Of a stretch of 64,000 nt of DNA, positions 61,424-64,000 are shown piece after piece. Every line of letters begins with the position of its first letter. Positions within the stretch are counted from its first letter, which is position 1. Where the stretch lies: positions 113,584,001 through 113,648,000 of the forward strand of contig OZ024743.1 in the NCBI GenBank assembly GCA_964016885.1, in the 5' to 3' direction. Below the pieces are notes generated by a model. It worked only from the letters and a program-made list of their open reading frames with translations. It had not been told where the DNA came from and made no database searches. A program made the position numbers and the translations under genes. Origin of the DNA: Eledone cirrhosa (Eukaryota).

Positions 61424-61821
61424 ATATATATACTTGCACATACACACTTGAACATATATACATACATACATGTATACACACATACCTTTACACACAAATA
61501 CATACACTAGAAAAGAAAACATCTGATGATGATGATGATGATATATACATGTATGTGTGTGGGAGAGCTAGTAGTATATATTTATTTGTGAAGCTTGTAT
61601 TTGTCAGTTAATCTATTAACTGAGCAGAATTGTTGAAAAGTCTTACAGGACTGAAACAATTCACACGATAGATATTACAGTTGAATGGAGAAAAGAAATT
61701 GGGGTTGCTGCCTCTATTATTGATATTATTCATATTTATGACCCCCAAAAGAACAGCGCACTATTTTTAACATAGCATCTGTCTGTATACCTATATATGT
61801 ATTCATACATGTAAGTTACTG

Positions 61822-62195
61822 TAAATGGTTTCTGAGTTAGGCACAAGGCCAGCAATTTTGGAAGGAAGGAAAGAAGACATTACAAGTACTTTATTTTATT
61901 GACCTCCCAGAAAGATGAAGGGCAATGTCGACCACAGCAGGATTTGAAATCAGAATGTAAAGAGCCAGAACAAATATTTGTTTCAAATTTAGGCACAAGG
62001 CCAGTAGTTTTAGCAGGAGAAGTAAATCAATTATATTGACCTCATTACTGGATTGGTACTTTAATTTATAGGCCCTGGAAAGATAAAAGAAAAAGTTGAC
62101 TTTGGTGGGATTTGAACTCAGAATGTAAAAATTCATGTCTAAAGATCACAAAACATTTTGTCCGAAGCTTTACCGATTCTGCCAATCCACCATCC
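61822..62195 (-). mobile_element. Two tandem old Meta-like SINE copies; others near 30585-30775(-) and 62930-63140(+)
   Basis: GGCACAAGGCCAG..GATGAAGGGCAA..GGATTTGAACTCAG pattern. Confidence 0.7.
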
Positions 62196-62209
62196 TACAG
62201 TCTAAAGTC

Positions 62210-62483
62210 TATCTCAAGCCAGAAGGCTCATTAGGCCAATGCTTATCCTGGTTTCATGGTGTGAAGTGACTGAGAGTACAAGACTCTCCCCTGGATAGGA
62301 TGCCAGTCCATTGCAGGGTTAAACCCCCAGCTATTGCTGGTACTCATTTTCAGCAGAGTATACTGGAGCAATGTGAAATGAAGTGTTTTGCTGAAGAACC
62401 CAATACACAACTTAGTCCAGGAATCGAAACCACTACATTATGATCGTAAGTCCAACACCCTTATCACTAGGCTGCGTGACTCC
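62210..62483 (-). mobile_element. CORE-SINE of another tail type
   Basis: B box GGTTTCGATTCC on minus strand; CTGGAGCAATGTGAAATGAAGTGTTTTGCT CORE; distinct tail. Confidence 0.7.
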
Positions 62484-63814
62484 ACAACCACCCTACAGCC
62501 AGTACATTTATTGCAAGGTATTTTGCCAACACTCTAATTATTTTGTGAATGCAAACAACACCCCCTGCAACCACCTCTCCATCACTGTCAATGAGTGTAT
62601 ATATTTTGTGTGTTGTTTTCGTATTTCTATGAACATTATATAAACAAGAACAACCCCCACCAGCCCTTGCTCATGTTGAACCCTTTTAATACATAACTGC
62701 CTACAACTGCTCCTGGTTCTACAAAACTAAACTGTTTGAATCAAAGCATTTATGTTCATCTACAAACCTTCCATTATAATTTTATGTAAGAACCTTTAAG
62801 TTATGAAAATATGGTAATGGAATGGTTAAATGACTTGTAGCTATTGTGTTAAGATTTATAGCAAAAATTATTTGATGTATGTATAGGCGTGTAGTGAACA
62901 TGTTTCATTTATTACACCAGCACATTATCATGTGTAACGGTTATCGGTAGTCACAAACAAAATGCTTTGCAGCATTTATTCTGCATCTTTACATTCTGAG
63001 TTCAAATTCTACTGAGGTCTACTTTGCCTTTCATCCTTCTGAACTTCATAAAATAAGTAAAAGCCAAGTACTTTATTAATTTAATCAACCTTTCACCCTT
63101 CCCTCAAAAATTGCGTTTCATGTCAAAACGAGACAATTATCATGAGCAAGTTGTTGGCTTTCAAATCGCTACAAATTGCACTCTAAAGTCTTTTTGAAAA
63201 GGAGAATATACTAGTCTACTACATCTGTCACCAGTTCCATGACATAGTTCTTCCCCCAGCTCACTCCTTCCAACATTATCATATGAATTTAATTTCCTCC
63301 CAGCCCAGTGTCATCTTCGAGAACATTCTTCAGTGTGTGATTGGTCTTGCAACTCTTTTGCATACAGAGGATAACTCTACCAGCAAGTTCATTGTGGTGT
63401 GTGACATACCCAACTAATGCAAGTCTCCATTACTTTAAATATTAGAAAGGCTAGGATGTGAACTGTAGTGTTTTAATGGATAATGTAGACTAAAAAAAGA
63501 AAGACAAGATGGTCAAAACTGGAGTACTTTTGACCATAGTTCTGCTCAATCAGATCTAACCTAAGGCTAAACAACAAGCCAACAAGGAAGCTTATATATG
63601 GTTGCTTAACCTGCTAAAAATAGCAGCCGAATCACCTCTAATTTCACCTTACCATCTTAAAGAAAAGACTACATCCGGTAATAATTTAGTAGGAATTATC
63701 TAAAAACAGGTTTGTTAATTTTAATATTTATAGTGTCTTTACTAGCAGAGAGATGGTTGTGAAAATTTAAAGCAAACTAATATAAAGACTTCCATACTTA
63801 ATATGTTCCTCTGA

Positions 63815-64000
63815 AGGGTCTTTGGAGTAACGTTACTTGATAAAGTGCGTAGCTCGGAGATCAAAGAATCACTCCAGATAGAGCTGCTACTTCTCTGAAT
63901 TGAGAGATCACAGCTCTGATATTATGGGAATGTTGTTAGAATATCTCAGGGAAGAATCGCTGGACAGATTTTATGGACAAAACCAAATGTCAGGTGACCC
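63815..64000 (+). mobile_element. RTE (Rex3-like) LINE fragment running off the window
   Basis: GVTLLDKVRSSEIKESLQIELLLL*IERSQL; matches 5925-6060. Confidence 0.8.

Overview
This is AT-rich, repeat-saturated eukaryotic DNA (intergenic or large intron). The repeat families resemble those of a cephalopod, probably octopus; this is an inference. I recognise no host protein-coding gene, rRNA, true tRNA or CRISPR array, and most listed ORFs are microsatellite or repeat artefacts. The window is a nested set of mobile elements: a near full-length decayed Tx1/L1-clade LINE (13.1-18.7 kb), an internally deleted Buster-type hAT transposon with perfect TIRs and TSD (19.7-21.6 kb), several RTE LINE relics, a decayed Helitron Rep/helicase plus 7 non-autonomous Helitrons, a CRE-clade endonuclease fragment, a Merlin derivative, many MITEs and several tRNA-derived SINE families. 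Highlights: (1) minimal type-I hammerhead ribozyme motifs, one with an intact core at 59176-59216 and one at the 5' boundary of the Tx1 LINE; (2) a 3.7-kb satellite made by about 60-fold amplification of a SINE CORE domain inside its parent SINE, with an 819-bp higher-order repeat; (3) abutting near-perfect inverted duplications at 45.2-46.3 kb; (4) a perfect ETS-CRE composite motif at 43.56 kb; (5) SINE/LINE module sharing and twin-priming-like RTE inversions.
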